This document shows positions 1-48,273 of a stretch of DNA of 64,000 nucleotides, in pieces. Under the pieces are notes generated by a model. That model was not told the origin of the DNA, ran no database searches, and was given only the letters and a program-made list of their open reading frames with translations. Location: contig OY970373.1 of NCBI GenBank assembly GCA_963718645.1, positions 1,702,948-1,766,947 of the forward strand, in the 5' to 3' direction. Position 1 is the first letter of the stretch. Each line of letters starts with the position of its first letter. The translations under genes and the position numbers were made by a program. This DNA is from an uncultured Acidobacteriota bacterium. GTDB lineage: Bacteria > Acidobacteriota > Thermoanaerobaculia > Multivoradales > UBA5704.

Positions 1-39024
<39,024 letters not shown>

Positions 39025-39028
<4 letters not shown>

Positions 39029-41433
39029 CGATCAAGTTCCGTCGCATCCTGAAGTTTCTCCTTCTGGGCCTGCTGGCGGTCGTGGTGGTCCTCGCGATCG
39101 CCGGCGTCTGGCTGGTGCGCCGGGCCTGGCCGCAGACCGCGGGGAAGCTCGTGGCTCCGGGCCTTGCCGCTCCGGTCGAAGTGATCCGCGACCGCTGGGG
39201 GGTGCCGAGCCTCTACGCCGCCAGCGAGCACGACCTCTTCTTCGCGCAGGGGTACGTTCATGCCCAGGACCGTCTCTGGCAGATGGAGTTCAACCGTCGC
39301 CTGGGAGCCGGGGAGCTGTCCACCCTGTTCGGCCGTGGTACCGTCGACACCGACAGGTCGCTACGCGCCCTGGGCATCCGCCGCGCGGCCGAAGCCGATT
39401 GGAAGGTGATCGATCCGGGGACCCGCGCCATCCTGCAAGCCTACGCCGACGGGGTGAACGCCTTCATCGACTCCCATCCGGGACGGCTGCCGATCGAGTT
39501 CACGGCGCTCGGCGTACGGCCGGCGCGATGGCAGCCGGTCGATTCGATCGCCTGGAGCAAGATGGTCGCCTTCTCCCTGGGACAGAACCAGACGCAGGAG
39601 CTGATGCGCGCCCGGCTGGCCGCCAAGGTCGGCGCGGAAGGGGTGCGCCAGCTCATGCCTCCCTACCCCAGCCAGGACCGGCAGCCGTTGATCGTACCGC
39701 CGGAAGCGGGCGGCTACGGCGCTGCCCGGCGGGCGGCTCTGGAGACGGCGGGGCCTCTGCTGACAGCGCTGCTGAGCGAGACCGTGGTGGGAGTGGGGAG
39801 CAACAACTGGGTGGTCCACGGCAGCCGGACCGCCACCGGCAAGCCGATGCTGGCCAACGATACCCATCTCGAGCTCGACATGCCGTCGGTCTGGTACGAG
39901 AACGGGCTGCACGCCGGCCGTTTCGACGTCGCCGGCTTCTCGTTTCCCGGCATGCCGATGGTGCTGATCGGCCACAACCGGCGCATCGCCTGGGGGATCT
40001 CCAGCATGTGCGGCGACTCCGAGGACCTCTTCGTGGAGGAGGTCAACGACCGCCATCAGGTGAAGGTCGGCGGCGCGTGGCGGGACGCGGAGATCGTCCA
40101 TGACTCGATCCCGGTCAAGGGGGGCAAGGCGGTCCCCTTCGACCTCGTGATCACCCCTCACGGCCCGATCATCAACGAAGGGTTCGACCTCAAGGGATTG
40201 CCGCCGCTGGCCCTGCGCTGGACGGCCTCCGATCCCAGCCGCACCATGGATTCGGTAGCGGCGCTCAACCTCGCAGCGGACTGGCCGGCCTTCCGCGGCG
40301 CTCTGTCCCACTGGGGGGCGCCGACGCTGAACTTCGTCTACGCCGACGTCGACGGCAACATCGGTTATCAGGGCGCGGGAGCGATGCCGGTCCGCGCGCC
40401 GGGCCAGTTGGGTCTCGCTCCCGTGCCCGCGGGCGGCCCCGAGCGCGACTGGCAGGGGCTGATTCCGTTCGACCGGATGCCGTCGCTGTTCAACCCGCCG
40501 GCCGGCTTCATCGTCACCGCCAACAACAAAGTGGTGGCGGACAGCTACCCGTACCCGATCTCCTGGGACTACGCCGACCCCTACCGGGCGCAACGGATCA
40601 CCGAGCTGCTGGCCGCCAACCCTCACGTCACCCTGGACGACATGCAGCGCATCCAGGGCGACGTCTACTCGGTGCCGGCGGTGGCGCTGCGCCCCTACCT
40701 GCTGGCGATCAAGCCCGAGAACAAGCTGCAGGAAAAAGCCCTCGATCAGGTGCGCCGCTGGGACCTCCAGCTCACCCCGGAGAGCCCTGGAGCCACCGCC
40801 TACTTCGGCTGGTACAGCGCGCTGATCCCCGACATCTACGGTGACGAGCTGGGGGAGGAGCTGATGAACCAGTTCCGGCTCACCGCCGTCAACCAGACCC
40901 CGCGCCTGGTCGAGTTGATGGCCGACCCGCACAACCCCTGGTTCGACGACAAGACCACCGCCGGCAAGGTCGAGACCCGGGACGACATCGTCCAGCGCGC
41001 CTTCCGGGAGGCGGTCATCCTGCTCTCGCAGCGGCTCGGCGACGATCCCGTGCAGTGGCAATGGGGGAAGCTCCACCAAGTGATCTTCACGCACCAGCCG
41101 TTCGGCAACAGCGGCATCGGGCCCCTGATGAAGCTGTTCAACGGCGGGCCCCTTCCGGCCGGCGGCGACGGCTTCACCATCAGCTCGGCCGCGCCGGCCT
41201 TCCGGAACCCTTACATCTCGCGGTTCGGCACGTCGCAGCGGCTGATCGTCGACCTCGGCGACCTCAGCCGTTCGCTGGTGGTCAACAGCACCGGCCAGAG
41301 CGGGCTGCTGTTCCACCGTCATCGCGAGGACCAGATCCCGCTCTGGCGAGACCATCGCTACCGGCCGATGCTGTTCAGCCGGGAGGCGGTGGAGAAGGGC
41401 GCCGAGGAGCGGCTGACGCTGCAGCGGCGGTAG
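39025..41433 (+). CDS. Penicillin-acylase family Ntn hydrolase (peptidase S45; PvdQ / AHL-acylase / lipopeptide-deacylase-like), N-terminally membrane anchored
   Basis: TTG start at 39025 overlaps the NRPS stop (TTGA, 39025-39028). An N-terminal hydrophobic helix is present (FLLLGLLAVVVVLAIAGVWLV). Family motifs are FAQGYVHAQDRLWQMEF and the beta-subunit N-terminus G|SNNWVVHGSRTATGKPMLANDTHL (nucleophile Ser codon 39799-39801). Confidence 0.85.
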
Positions 41434-41451
41434 CCCCGAAGGACCTGCTAG

Positions 41452-41904
41452 CTACTGCGCGGCGCTCGGCTTGAGCTCCGATGTGCATTGCGGGCAGCGG
41501 GTGGCCTTGATCGGGACCGAGGAGAGGCAGTAGGGGCACTCCTTGACGACGGGTGCCGCCGCCGGCTTCTCCTCGCCCCGGCGCATCCGGTTGACCGCGC
41601 GGACGACCAGGAAGACCACGAAGGCCACGATCAGGAAGCTCAGCACGTTGTTGAGGAAGATCCCGTAGTTGAGCGTCGGCGCTCCGGCGGCCTTGGCCTG
41701 GGCCACGGTGTCGAAATGCCTACCGGTCAGACTGATGAATTGATTCGCGAAGTCGACCCGGCCGAGGAGCAGCCCGACCGGCGGCATGATGATGTCCTCC
41801 ACCAGCGAGGTGACGATCTTGCCGAAGGCGGCCCCGATGATCACCCCGATCGCCAGGTCGAGGACATTGCCGCGGACCGCGAACTCCTTGAATTCCTTGA
41901 ACAT
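41452..41904 (-). CDS. mscL: Large-conductance mechanosensitive channel MscL with a C-terminal CxxC...CxxC zinc-ribbon extension
   Basis: [48 protein letters not shown] is a textbook MscL N-terminus. ATG is at 41904-41902, preceded by AGGAGGGAG. The track ORF extends to 42111, but that upstream part is non-MscL junk. The C-terminus is [24 protein letters not shown]. Confidence 0.9.
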   Translation of the reverse strand: MFKEFKEFAVRGNVLDLAIGVIIGAAFGKIVTSLVEDIIMPPVGLLLGRVDFANQFISLTGRHFDTVAQAKAAGAPTLNYGIFLNNVLSFLIVAFVVFLVVRAVNRMRRGEEKPAAAPVVKECPYCLSSVPIKATRCPQCTSELKPSAAQ

Positions 41905-41935
41905 TGCTCCCTCCTCTCTCTCGTTGGAGATGATT

Positions 41936-42349
41936 CTAAAGCGTTTCCGCGCCGGACGCACCCCGAGGCCTGGGGAGCAGGAACAGCCGCCGGGCTCGCT
42001 CGGATTGCAAGGTCTCCGCGTCGTAGTAAGCGTCGAGAGCGGAGGGCTTCCAGGTGAGCAGGTCCGGGTTGCCCGCCGCGAACGCTTCCCAGGTCTCGCT
42101 CTCGCCGGCATTCGCCATCCGCTCGTGGATCAGGAAGAGAAAGGCCCAGGTGATCGTCTCATGGTAGAGGCCGGGGTGGCCGTTGAAGGCGGCGAACCGC
42201 TTCAACCCCGCCGTGAAGCGGGCGAGGGCCTCCAGTGGCGGCTGCCGGCCGAGGAGGATCCAGGCCAGGCGGACGTGGTCCCGGTGGTGGAAGGCGGTAT
42301 TGGGGAGCGTGCAGTCCTCGAAGCTGCGGACGAAGTCGTCGTCGGTCAT
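41936..42349 (-). CDS. Hypothetical protein (137 aa), upstream of and co-directional with mscL
   Basis: ORF with ATG at 42349 and a GAGGTG-like RBS. It lies 31 nt from the mscL start. I recognise no family. Confidence 0.5.
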   Translation of the reverse strand: MTDDDFVRSFEDCTLPNTAFHHRDHVRLAWILLGRQPPLEALARFTAGLKRFAAFNGHPGLYHETITWAFLFLIHERMANAGESETWEAFAAGNPDLLTWKPSALDAYYDAETLQSERARRLFLLPRPRGASGAETL

Positions 42350-42558
42350 CTGGTCACCTCGCGGGCTGGATCGGCCCGAAAAGGAAAAGCCCCAGGGGAG
42401 ATCCCCTGGGGCGTCAGGAGAGAAGATAACACAGAGCTCCTGCTGTGGGAAGAATTGGCGCCGGTCGTCGCAGGACGGGGAGGCACACCGTGCTAGGATG
42501 CCGAGTAGAGAGGCCCGGCGAGATCGAGGAAACGGAAGCTCGTTGAGGCGACACGATA

Positions 42559-42840
42559 ATGACGAAGCTGCCCGAAGTGATATCCCTGTCCGATCTCCAG
42601 GAGGACACCCAGGCTGTCCTCCAGCGCGTGCGGGAGTCCGGAACGCCTGCCGTCATCACCGAAGAAGGGCGTGCGGCAGCGGTTCTCATCGATATCGAGT
42701 CGTTCCGCAGGACGGAATCCGAGCGCGAGATTCTGGCCTTGCTGGCTCGCGGAGAGCAGGAGATCGCGGCAGGTCTCGGCTATGACCTTAACGAGGTTCT
42801 TGCGGAGGCCGACGCCCTCCTGAGCCAGCGCAGCGCTTGA
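42559..42840 (+). CDS. Type II antitoxin, Phd/YefM family
   Basis: 93 aa. ISLSDLQEDTQAVLQRVRESGTPAVITEEGRAAAVLIDIESF is the typical Phd/YefM N-terminal fold signature. The stop overlaps the next reading frame (TTGA at 42837-42840). Confidence 0.75.
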   Translation: MTKLPEVISLSDLQEDTQAVLQRVRESGTPAVITEEGRAAAVLIDIESFRRTESEREILALLARGEQEIAAGLGYDLNEVLAEADALLSQRSA

Positions 42841-43101
42841 GGGTCCGATTCACTCCATCCGCCCGGACGGCATTCCTCAGTACGATCGACTTCATCCGCC
42901 GGGAGCGGCCCATGGCTGCCGAGAGGTTTCGCCACAAGTCCGAAGAGGCCGCATGATCCCCGAGTTCCCGGAGCTTCCCTACCGAGAAGTGATCGTCACA
43001 CCCTACCGGTTCTTCTATCGCACATCGGGAGAGAACGTCTGGATCGTCGCAGTCTGACACGGGGCTCAAATCCCCAATTCTCCGCCGGAAGTTAATTTCT
43101 G
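42837..43101 (+). pseudogene. Decayed ParE/RelE-family toxin gene (frameshift/deletion plus in-frame stop)
   Basis: Frame A (42837-42956) reads LRVRFTPSARTAFLSTIDFIRRERPMAAERFRHKSEEAA*. The conserved C-terminal block continues in the +1 frame as ..DPEFPELPYREVIVTPYRFFYRTSGENVWIVAV*. TGA 43054-43056 is followed in frame by HGAQIPNSPPEVNF*, ending at 43101. About 15 residues expected between the two blocks are missing. Confidence 0.6.
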
Positions 43102-43291
43102 AGACCGGTGCTTGGAGGGTTGTTCTCCGGGTCGCGCGGGCTGACCTCTACGTGAGCGCGACGTGATGCCCGCCACCGGTTCCCCACGGCCGTTTCGTCC
43201 ACGGCCCATCCGCCTGGGGTTAAAAGCGGTTAAAACCCCAGGCTGGCGAATACCCGCCCTTCCGGGGCGGTAAAAGACGCTCCCGCCGCTG

Positions 43292-43297
43292 TAGAAT
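43292..43297 (+). promoter_or_regulatory. Candidate -10 hexamer (TAGAAT) for the tRNA-Leu gene
   Basis: TAGAAT lies 9 nt upstream of tRNA position 1. There is no convincing -35 (GGTAAA at 17-nt spacing). Confidence 0.25.
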
Positions 43298-43306
43298 TTC
43301 CCCGCC

Positions 43307-43392
43307 GCCGGAGTGGCGAAACGGTATACGCAGGAGACTTAAAATCTTCCACCCGAAAGGGTTTGCGGGTTCGAGTCCCGCCTCCGGCACCA
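43307..43392 (+). tRNA. tRNA-Leu (anticodon UAA), type II with long variable arm, CCA encoded
   Basis: Hand fold: acceptor GCCGGAG/CTCCGGC, D arm GCG..CGC, anticodon stem GGAGA/TCTTC with loop CTTAAAA (anticodon TAA). The variable arm is CACCCGAAAGGGTTTG, the T arm is GCGGG-TTCGAGT-CCCGC, and the discriminator is A followed by CCA. Confidence 0.9.
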
Positions 43393-43480
43393 ATTCAGCC
43401 CCGCAAGTCTGTCTTCAGCCGTGGCACGGTTCTTGGATCGAGTAGGACGGTTTCACGTACACGAAGCAGGAGGAGAGAGC

Positions 43481-43879
43481 ATGCCCGATCCTGATGACGG
43501 CCCGGAGAGCTTCCGTCGCTGTCTGATCATCGAGGACAACGTCGACGCGGCCGAGAGCCTGAGCCTGCTCTTGCAGCTCATCGGCCACGAGGCCGAGGTC
43601 GCCTATGACGGCGCCGAGGGGGTGGAGAAGGCGCGCGGCTTCCGGCCCGAGGTCGTCCTCTGCGACATCGGTCTTCCCGGCCGGCTCGACGGCTACGCCG
43701 TGGCGCGCTGGTTTCGCGCCGATCCGGAGCTGAAGTCGGCCTTTCTCATCGCCCTCACCGGCTATGGCCAGGAGGAGGACCGCCGGCGCGCGCTGGAGGC
43801 AGGCTTCGACACCCATCTCACCAAGCCCGCCGACCTCGATGCCCTGCGCCGCCTGCTTTCGGGGAGGCTGGGTGTTTAG
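43481..43879 (+). CDS. Stand-alone response-regulator receiver (CheY-like)
   Basis: ATG 43481 is preceded by AGGAGGAGAG. RCLIIEDNVDAAESL...VVLCDIGLPGRLDGY...LIALTGYGQEEDRRRALEAGFDTHLTKP matches the receiver signature (acidic pocket, phospho-Asp, T, K). The track ORF start at 43421 lacks an RBS. Confidence 0.85.
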   Translation: MPDPDDGPESFRRCLIIEDNVDAAESLSLLLQLIGHEAEVAYDGAEGVEKARGFRPEVVLCDIGLPGRLDGYAVARWFRADPELKSAFLIALTGYGQEEDRRRALEAGFDTHLTKPADLDALRRLLSGRLGV

Positions 43880-45791
43880 GCCTGCGGTCTTCTGCCTGGT
43901 GCTGGCCGCGGCGGCCCCGGCCTACCCGGTGCAGGAAGTGCCGGCGGTCCGGACCCCCGAGCTGAAGGGCTTGAGCATCGAGCAGTTGATGGACATCGAC
44001 GTCACCTCGGTCTCCCGCCGCAGCGAGCCGGTCTCGGGGGCCGCGGCGGCGATCACCGTCCTCACCGCCGAGGACATCCGCCGCTCCGGCGCCACCAACC
44101 TGCCGGACGCGCTACGGATCACCGCCGGCCTGGAGGTGGCGCAATCCGATGGCAATACCTGGGCGATCAGCGCCCGCGGCTTCAACACCACGACGTCCAA
44201 CAAGCTGCTGGTGCTGATCGACGGCCGGAGCATCTATACACCACTCTTCTCGGGGGTGTTCTGGGACGTCCAGGGAGTGATGCTGGAGGACATCGACCGC
44301 ATCGAGATCATCCGCGGCCCCGGCGCCACGCTCTGGGGGGCCAACGCCGTCAACGGCGTGATCAACATCCTCACCAAGAGCGCCCGGGACACCCAGGGGA
44401 CGCTGGTCACCGCCGGCGGCGGCAACCGGCAGGAGGCCACCGGCGCCTTCCGGCAGGGGGGCAAGATCGGGGCGGGGCTCGCCTACCGCGCCTACGGCCA
44501 GTACTCCTACGAGGACTCGCTCGCCTTCGCGAACGGCGACAGCGCCCGCGATCCGCTGCGCCGGGGCCAGGCGGGGTTTCGCCTCGACCGCACCGATGCC
44601 GGCTCCGGCGCCCTCACCTTCCAGGGGGATGCCTACCATGGCCTCGCCGGGCAGACGGTCGTGGTCAACGCCGACACCGTCCTGGACGGCGCCAACCTCC
44701 TCGGCCGCTGGTCCACCACCTATGCGGAGAATTCGGGCGGCGACCTGCAGATCTATTACGACTACACCCACCGTCAGATCCCCCAATGGTTCGAGGAGCA
44801 TCGCCATACGCTGGACATCGACTACCAGCACCGGCGGGCGCTCGGGGTCCGGCAGGAGCTGGTGTGGGGAGCGGGCTACCGGGTCACCCACGACCAGGTG
44901 GGGAATAGTCCGGGCGTGGCGTTCCTCCCGGACCAGGTGACCGAGAGCCTGTTCAGCGCTTTCGCGCAGGACGAGGTCGCGCTCGAGCACCACCTGCGGC
45001 TGGTGGTGGGGACGAAGCTCGAGCACAATCACTGGACAGGTTTCGAGGTGCAGCCGAGCGTGCGCCTGAGCTGGGTCCCCGACGACCGGCGCACTCTCTG
45101 GGCGGCGGTCTCGCGCGCCGTCCGCACGCCCACCCGCTACGACGAGGACATCGTCTTCTACACCGCCGCCGGCACGCCGCTCCTGGAGGGCTCGAACGCC
45201 TTCGTCTCCGAGGAGCTGCTCGCCTACGAGCTCGGCTACCGCACCCAGGTCAGGACCGGCCTGACGGTGGACGTCGCGACTTTCTACAACGTTTACGACC
45301 ATCTGCGCAGCTTCGAGCCGGCGGCGCCGCCCGCGGCGTTCCCCTACCATTTCGCCAACCGGCTCAGCGCGGACACCTGGGGGGCCGAGCTGCGGGTGAG
45401 CGCGCAGGCGGCCTCCTGGTGGCGCCTGCACGCGGACTACGCCTATTACGGCAAGAGCCTGAGCCTCGATCCCCAGAGCTTCGATCCGACGGGGGGGAAG
45501 AACGAAGGGGACGATCCGGCCGGCCGCTTCGTGCTCCGCTCGCTGATGGACCTGCCCGGCCGGCTCGAGCTCGACGGCACCCTGCGCTATGTCTCCCCGC
45601 TCCCCTCGCCGGTCGTGCCGGCTTACACCGAGCTCGACCTGCGCCTCGGCTGGAACGCCACGGACGCGCTCGAGCTGGCGCTCACCGGCCAGAACCTGCT
45701 GCACGCCCGGCACCCCGAGTTCGGTCCGCCCTCGCCCCTTCGCCAGGAGATCCAGCGCAGCATCTACGGGAAGGTGACATGGCGCTTCTGA
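43872..45791 (+). CDS. TonB-dependent outer-membrane receptor
   Basis: A signal-like N-terminus (VFRPAVFCLVLAAAAPAYP) follows GTG 43872, which overlaps the receiver stop by 8 nt. The plug reads DVTSVSRRSEPVSGAAAAITVLTAEDIRRSGATNLPDALRITAGLEV...LIDGRSIYTPLFSGVFWD...IEIIRGPGATLWGANAVNGVINI. The C-terminal residue is aromatic (..GKVTWRF). The exact start is uncertain. Confidence 0.85.
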   Translation: MFRPAVFCLVLAAAAPAYPVQEVPAVRTPELKGLSIEQLMDIDVTSVSRRSEPVSGAAAAITVLTAEDIRRSGATNLPDALRITAGLEVAQSDGNTWAISARGFNTTTSNKLLVLIDGRSIYTPLFSGVFWDVQGVMLEDIDRIEIIRGPGATLWGANAVNGVINILTKSARDTQGTLVTAGGGNRQEATGAFRQGGKIGAGLAYRAYGQYSYEDSLAFANGDSARDPLRRGQAGFRLDRTDAGSGALTFQGDAYHGLAGQTVVVNADTVLDGANLLGRWSTTYAENSGGDLQIYYDYTHRQIPQWFEEHRHTLDIDYQHRRALGVRQELVWGAGYRVTHDQVGNSPGVAFLPDQVTESLFSAFAQDEVALEHHLRLVVGTKLEHNHWTGFEVQPSVRLSWVPDDRRTLWAAVSRAVRTPTRYDEDIVFYTAAGTPLLEGSNAFVSEELLAYELGYRTQVRTGLTVDVATFYNVYDHLRSFEPAAPPAAFPYHFANRLSADTWGAELRVSAQAASWWRLHADYAYYGKSLSLDPQSFDPTGGKNEGDDPAGRFVLRSLMDLPGRLELDGTLRYVSPLPSPVVPAYTELDLRLGWNATDALELALTGQNLLHARHPEFGPPSPLRQEIQRSIYGKVTWRF

Positions 45792-46342
45792 CGAAGGTGA
45801 GAAACCTTTCCCTGCTCCTGGCGAACCTGCTCCTGCTGTCGGGCGTGGCGGCGGCGCAGACGGCGGCGGAGTACGACGTCAAGGCGGCGTTCCTCTACAA
45901 CTTCACCAAGTTCGTGGATTGGCCCCCCGCGGCTTTCCCGGACGCCAACAGTCTGAAGGTCTGCGTGTTGGGCGACGATCCGTTCGGCCGCAGCCTGCAG
46001 TCGGTCGCGGGCGAGCAGGTAGGGAACCGCAAGCTGAAGGTGGTGCAGGTCGATTCGCTCGCGAAGCAGGCCGGCTGCCAGGTGCTGTTCATCAGCCGCT
46101 CGGAGCGCGACCGGCTCCGCCAGATTCTCGCCATGGTCAAGGACTCTCCAGTCCTCACGGTGGGGGATACCAAGGGCTACGCCGACCAGGGAGTGATCAT
46201 CAACTTCACTCTCGAGGGCTCGAAGGTCCGCTTCGAGATCAATCCCGAAGCGGCCGATCGGGGAGGCTTGCGGATCAGCTCGAAGCTCCTGCAACTGGCC
46301 CTGCGGATCGTCTCCGCCCCTGCCGCCAAGGGGGAGCCCTGA
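45779..46342 (+). CDS. YfiR-family periplasmic protein (DUF4154)
   Basis: ATG 45779 overlaps the receptor stop. A signal peptide is followed by EYDVKAAFLYNFTKFVDWP and GVIINFTLEGSKVRFEINPEAADRGGLRISSKLLQLA, both hallmark YfiR/DUF4154 motifs. Confidence 0.8.
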   Translation: MALLTKVRNLSLLLANLLLLSGVAAAQTAAEYDVKAAFLYNFTKFVDWPPAAFPDANSLKVCVLGDDPFGRSLQSVAGEQVGNRKLKVVQVDSLAKQAGCQVLFISRSERDRLRQILAMVKDSPVLTVGDTKGYADQGVIINFTLEGSKVRFEINPEAADRGGLRISSKLLQLALRIVSAPAAKGEP

Positions 46343-46344
46343 GC

Positions 46345-47829
46345 ATGCTGCAGAGGCTCCAGCGGGCTCCAATCCGCCAGAAACTCATGCTGATCGCGAT
46401 CCTGACGACCGGCGGCACCCTGCTCCTCGCCGGCGCCGCGATCATTTACTTCAACGTGGTGCGCTTCAAGGCAGAGATGACGCGCGATCTCGAAACCTTC
46501 GCCGATGTCGTCGGCCAGACCAGCAACGCCGCTCTCACATTCGGAGACCCGAAGACGGCGACCGAGATCCTCGCTGGCGTGAATCCCCGGCCTTCGATCG
46601 TTGCCGCCGCGCTCTACGACCGTCAGGGCCAGCTCTTCGCCCAATGGGCGCGGGATAGGGTCGTGCAATTCCCGCCGACTCCTCCGCGGCGGGACCACAG
46701 CCAGTTCGGGAACGGTTTCCTGGTCACCTTCCGTCCGGTGGCGTTGCAGCAGGAGCGGATCGGCACCGTCTACCTGCGCCGAAACCTCGATGAGCTGCGA
46801 AACCGGATCTGGACACAGGCGTTGACCGTAGGAGTCGTCTTCCTTGCTTCCGGTATCGTGGCTCTCCTGCTCTCCTCGCGGCTCCAGCGCCTGATCTCGG
46901 GCCCCATCCTCGACCTTGCCGGCACTGCGCGGGCGGTCTCGGAGCGGCGGGACTATTCGATCCGCGCCGGGAAGCGGACCGCCGACGAGCTCGGCGCCCT
47001 CGTCGATGCCTTCAACGATATGCTCGCCCAGATCCAGCACCGCGACTCCGAGCTTCAGGAGGCCAAGGAGGTGCTGGAGGAGAGGGTGGAGGAGCGCACC
47101 CGCGAGCTCCAGCAGCGTAACGAGGAGCTCAACCAGAGCAACAAGGAGCTGGACGACTTCGCCTACATCGCCTCGCACGACCTCAAGGAGCCCTTGCGGG
47201 GGATCCACAACTTCTCCAGCTTCCTGATTGAGGACTATGCCGACAAGCTCGACGACGACGGCCGCTCCAAGCTCGAGACCCTGATGCGGCTGACCCGCCG
47301 GATGGAGACGCTGATCGACTCGCTCCTCCAGTTCTCCCGCCTCGGCCGCGTCGACCTCGGGCTCGACCAGGTCAACCTCAACGAGATCCTGACCGAGGTC
47401 CTCGATTCGCTCGCCATCTCGCTGCGGGAGGAGCAGGTCGAGGTGAAGGTCCCGAGGCGCCTGCCCACCGTCCGCGCCGACCGCGCCCGGGTAGGGGAGA
47501 TCTTCCACAACCTGATCGTCAACGCGATGAAGTACAACGACAAACCGGAGCGCTGGATCGAGGTCGGCTGGCGGGAGGAGGGAGCCGGACCGCCGGTGTT
47601 CTACGTCCGCGACAACGGCATCGGAATCCCCGAGAAGCACCAGGACGCTGTCTTCCGGATCTTCAAGCGGCTGCACGGCCGCGACAAGTTCGGCGGCGGC
47701 ACCGGCGCCGGGCTGACGATCGCCAAGAAGATCGTCGAGCGGCACCATGGCAGAATCTGGCTCGACTCGTCGGCCGGCAACGGCACGACGTTCTATTTCA
47801 CTCTCCAGGAAGGCGAGGTCCGCGCATAA
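46345..47829 (+). CDS. Sensor histidine kinase (CHASE8-like periplasmic sensor, HAMP, HisKA, HATPase)
   Basis: ATG 46345 lies 2 nt after the yfiR-like stop. There are two TM segments. The sensor region reads ALTFGDPKTATEILAGVNPRPSIVAAALYDRQGQLFAQW, the HAMP region SGPILDLAGTARAVS...DELGALVDAFNDM and the H-box FAYIASHDLKEPLR. The N/G boxes are NAMKYN, DNGIGI and GTGAGL. Confidence 0.85.
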   Translation: MLQRLQRAPIRQKLMLIAILTTGGTLLLAGAAIIYFNVVRFKAEMTRDLETFADVVGQTSNAALTFGDPKTATEILAGVNPRPSIVAAALYDRQGQLFAQWARDRVVQFPPTPPRRDHSQFGNGFLVTFRPVALQQERIGTVYLRRNLDELRNRIWTQALTVGVVFLASGIVALLLSSRLQRLISGPILDLAGTARAVSERRDYSIRAGKRTADELGALVDAFNDMLAQIQHRDSELQEAKEVLEERVEERTRELQQRNEELNQSNKELDDFAYIASHDLKEPLRGIHNFSSFLIEDYADKLDDDGRSKLETLMRLTRRMETLIDSLLQFSRLGRVDLGLDQVNLNEILTEVLDSLAISLREEQVEVKVPRRLPTVRADRARVGEIFHNLIVNAMKYNDKPERWIEVGWREEGAGPPVFYVRDNGIGIPEKHQDAVFRIFKRLHGRDKFGGGTGAGLTIAKKIVERHHGRIWLDSSAGNGTTFYFTLQEGEVRA

Positions 47830-48269
47830 TGCTCGAAAGCCCCAACCAGCCGATCCTCCTCGTGGAGGACAGCCCCGAAGACTGCGAAACGACCGAGCGC
47901 GCCTTCCGCCGCTCGGGGCTCAAGAACCCCATCCACCACTGCGCCGATGGCGACGAGGCCCTCGATTTCCTGCACCGCCGCGGCAAGCACGCCGAAGCGC
48001 CGCGGCCGGGTGTGGTCCTGCTCGACCTCAACCTGCCGGGGACCGACGGCCGCGAGGTGCTCAACGAGATCAAGTCCCACCCCGATCTGAGGCAGATCCC
48101 GGTCATCGTGCTGACCACCTCCAGCGACGACCGCGACGTCTCGGCCTGTTACAAGGCGGGCGCCAACAGTTACGTCCAGAAGCCGGTCGACCTCGACGGC
48201 TTCATGCGGGCCATCGAACGGCTCAACGATTACTGGTTCGAGGTCGTGATCCTGCCGAAGGAACAGTGA
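47829..48269 (+). CDS. Stand-alone response-regulator receiver (Rcp1-like)
   Basis: ATG overlaps the kinase stop (TAATG at 47827-47831). ILLVEDSPEDCE...VVLLDLNLPGTDG...VIVLTTSSDDRDV..AGANSYVQKP. Confidence 0.85.
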   Translation: MLESPNQPILLVEDSPEDCETTERAFRRSGLKNPIHHCADGDEALDFLHRRGKHAEAPRPGVVLLDLNLPGTDGREVLNEIKSHPDLRQIPVIVLTTSSDDRDVSACYKAGANSYVQKPVDLDGFMRAIERLNDYWFEVVILPKEQ

Positions 48270-48273
48270 GCGG

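Noticed and set aside
41488-42496. Plus-strand ORFs 41488-42057 and 41786-42496.
   Set aside because: They are antisense to mscL and the upstream hypothetical gene, and they lack motifs and RBS. The minus-strand products are clearly better (textbook MscL).
42788-43069. Minus-strand 93-aa ORF over the toxin remnant.
   Set aside because: It is antisense to sequence that translates into recognisable ParE/RelE blocks on the plus strand, and it has no family resemblance of its own.
43102-43306. Small inverted repeat CTGGGGTT...AACCCCAG and repeated GGTTAAAA motifs upstream of the tRNA, considered as an att site or regulatory element.
   Set aside because: The stem is only 8 bp. I found no second copy flanking a candidate island, and no integrase is present. 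The evidence is too weak to call.
43872-45791. TonB-dependent receptor considered as the uptake component of a siderophore made by the NRPS.
   Set aside because: It is separated from the synthetases by convergent mscL genes, a TA remnant and a tRNA. It is translationally coupled to a YfiR/kinase signalling block instead. I saw no hydroxamate or catecholate tailoring or Fur-box evidence.
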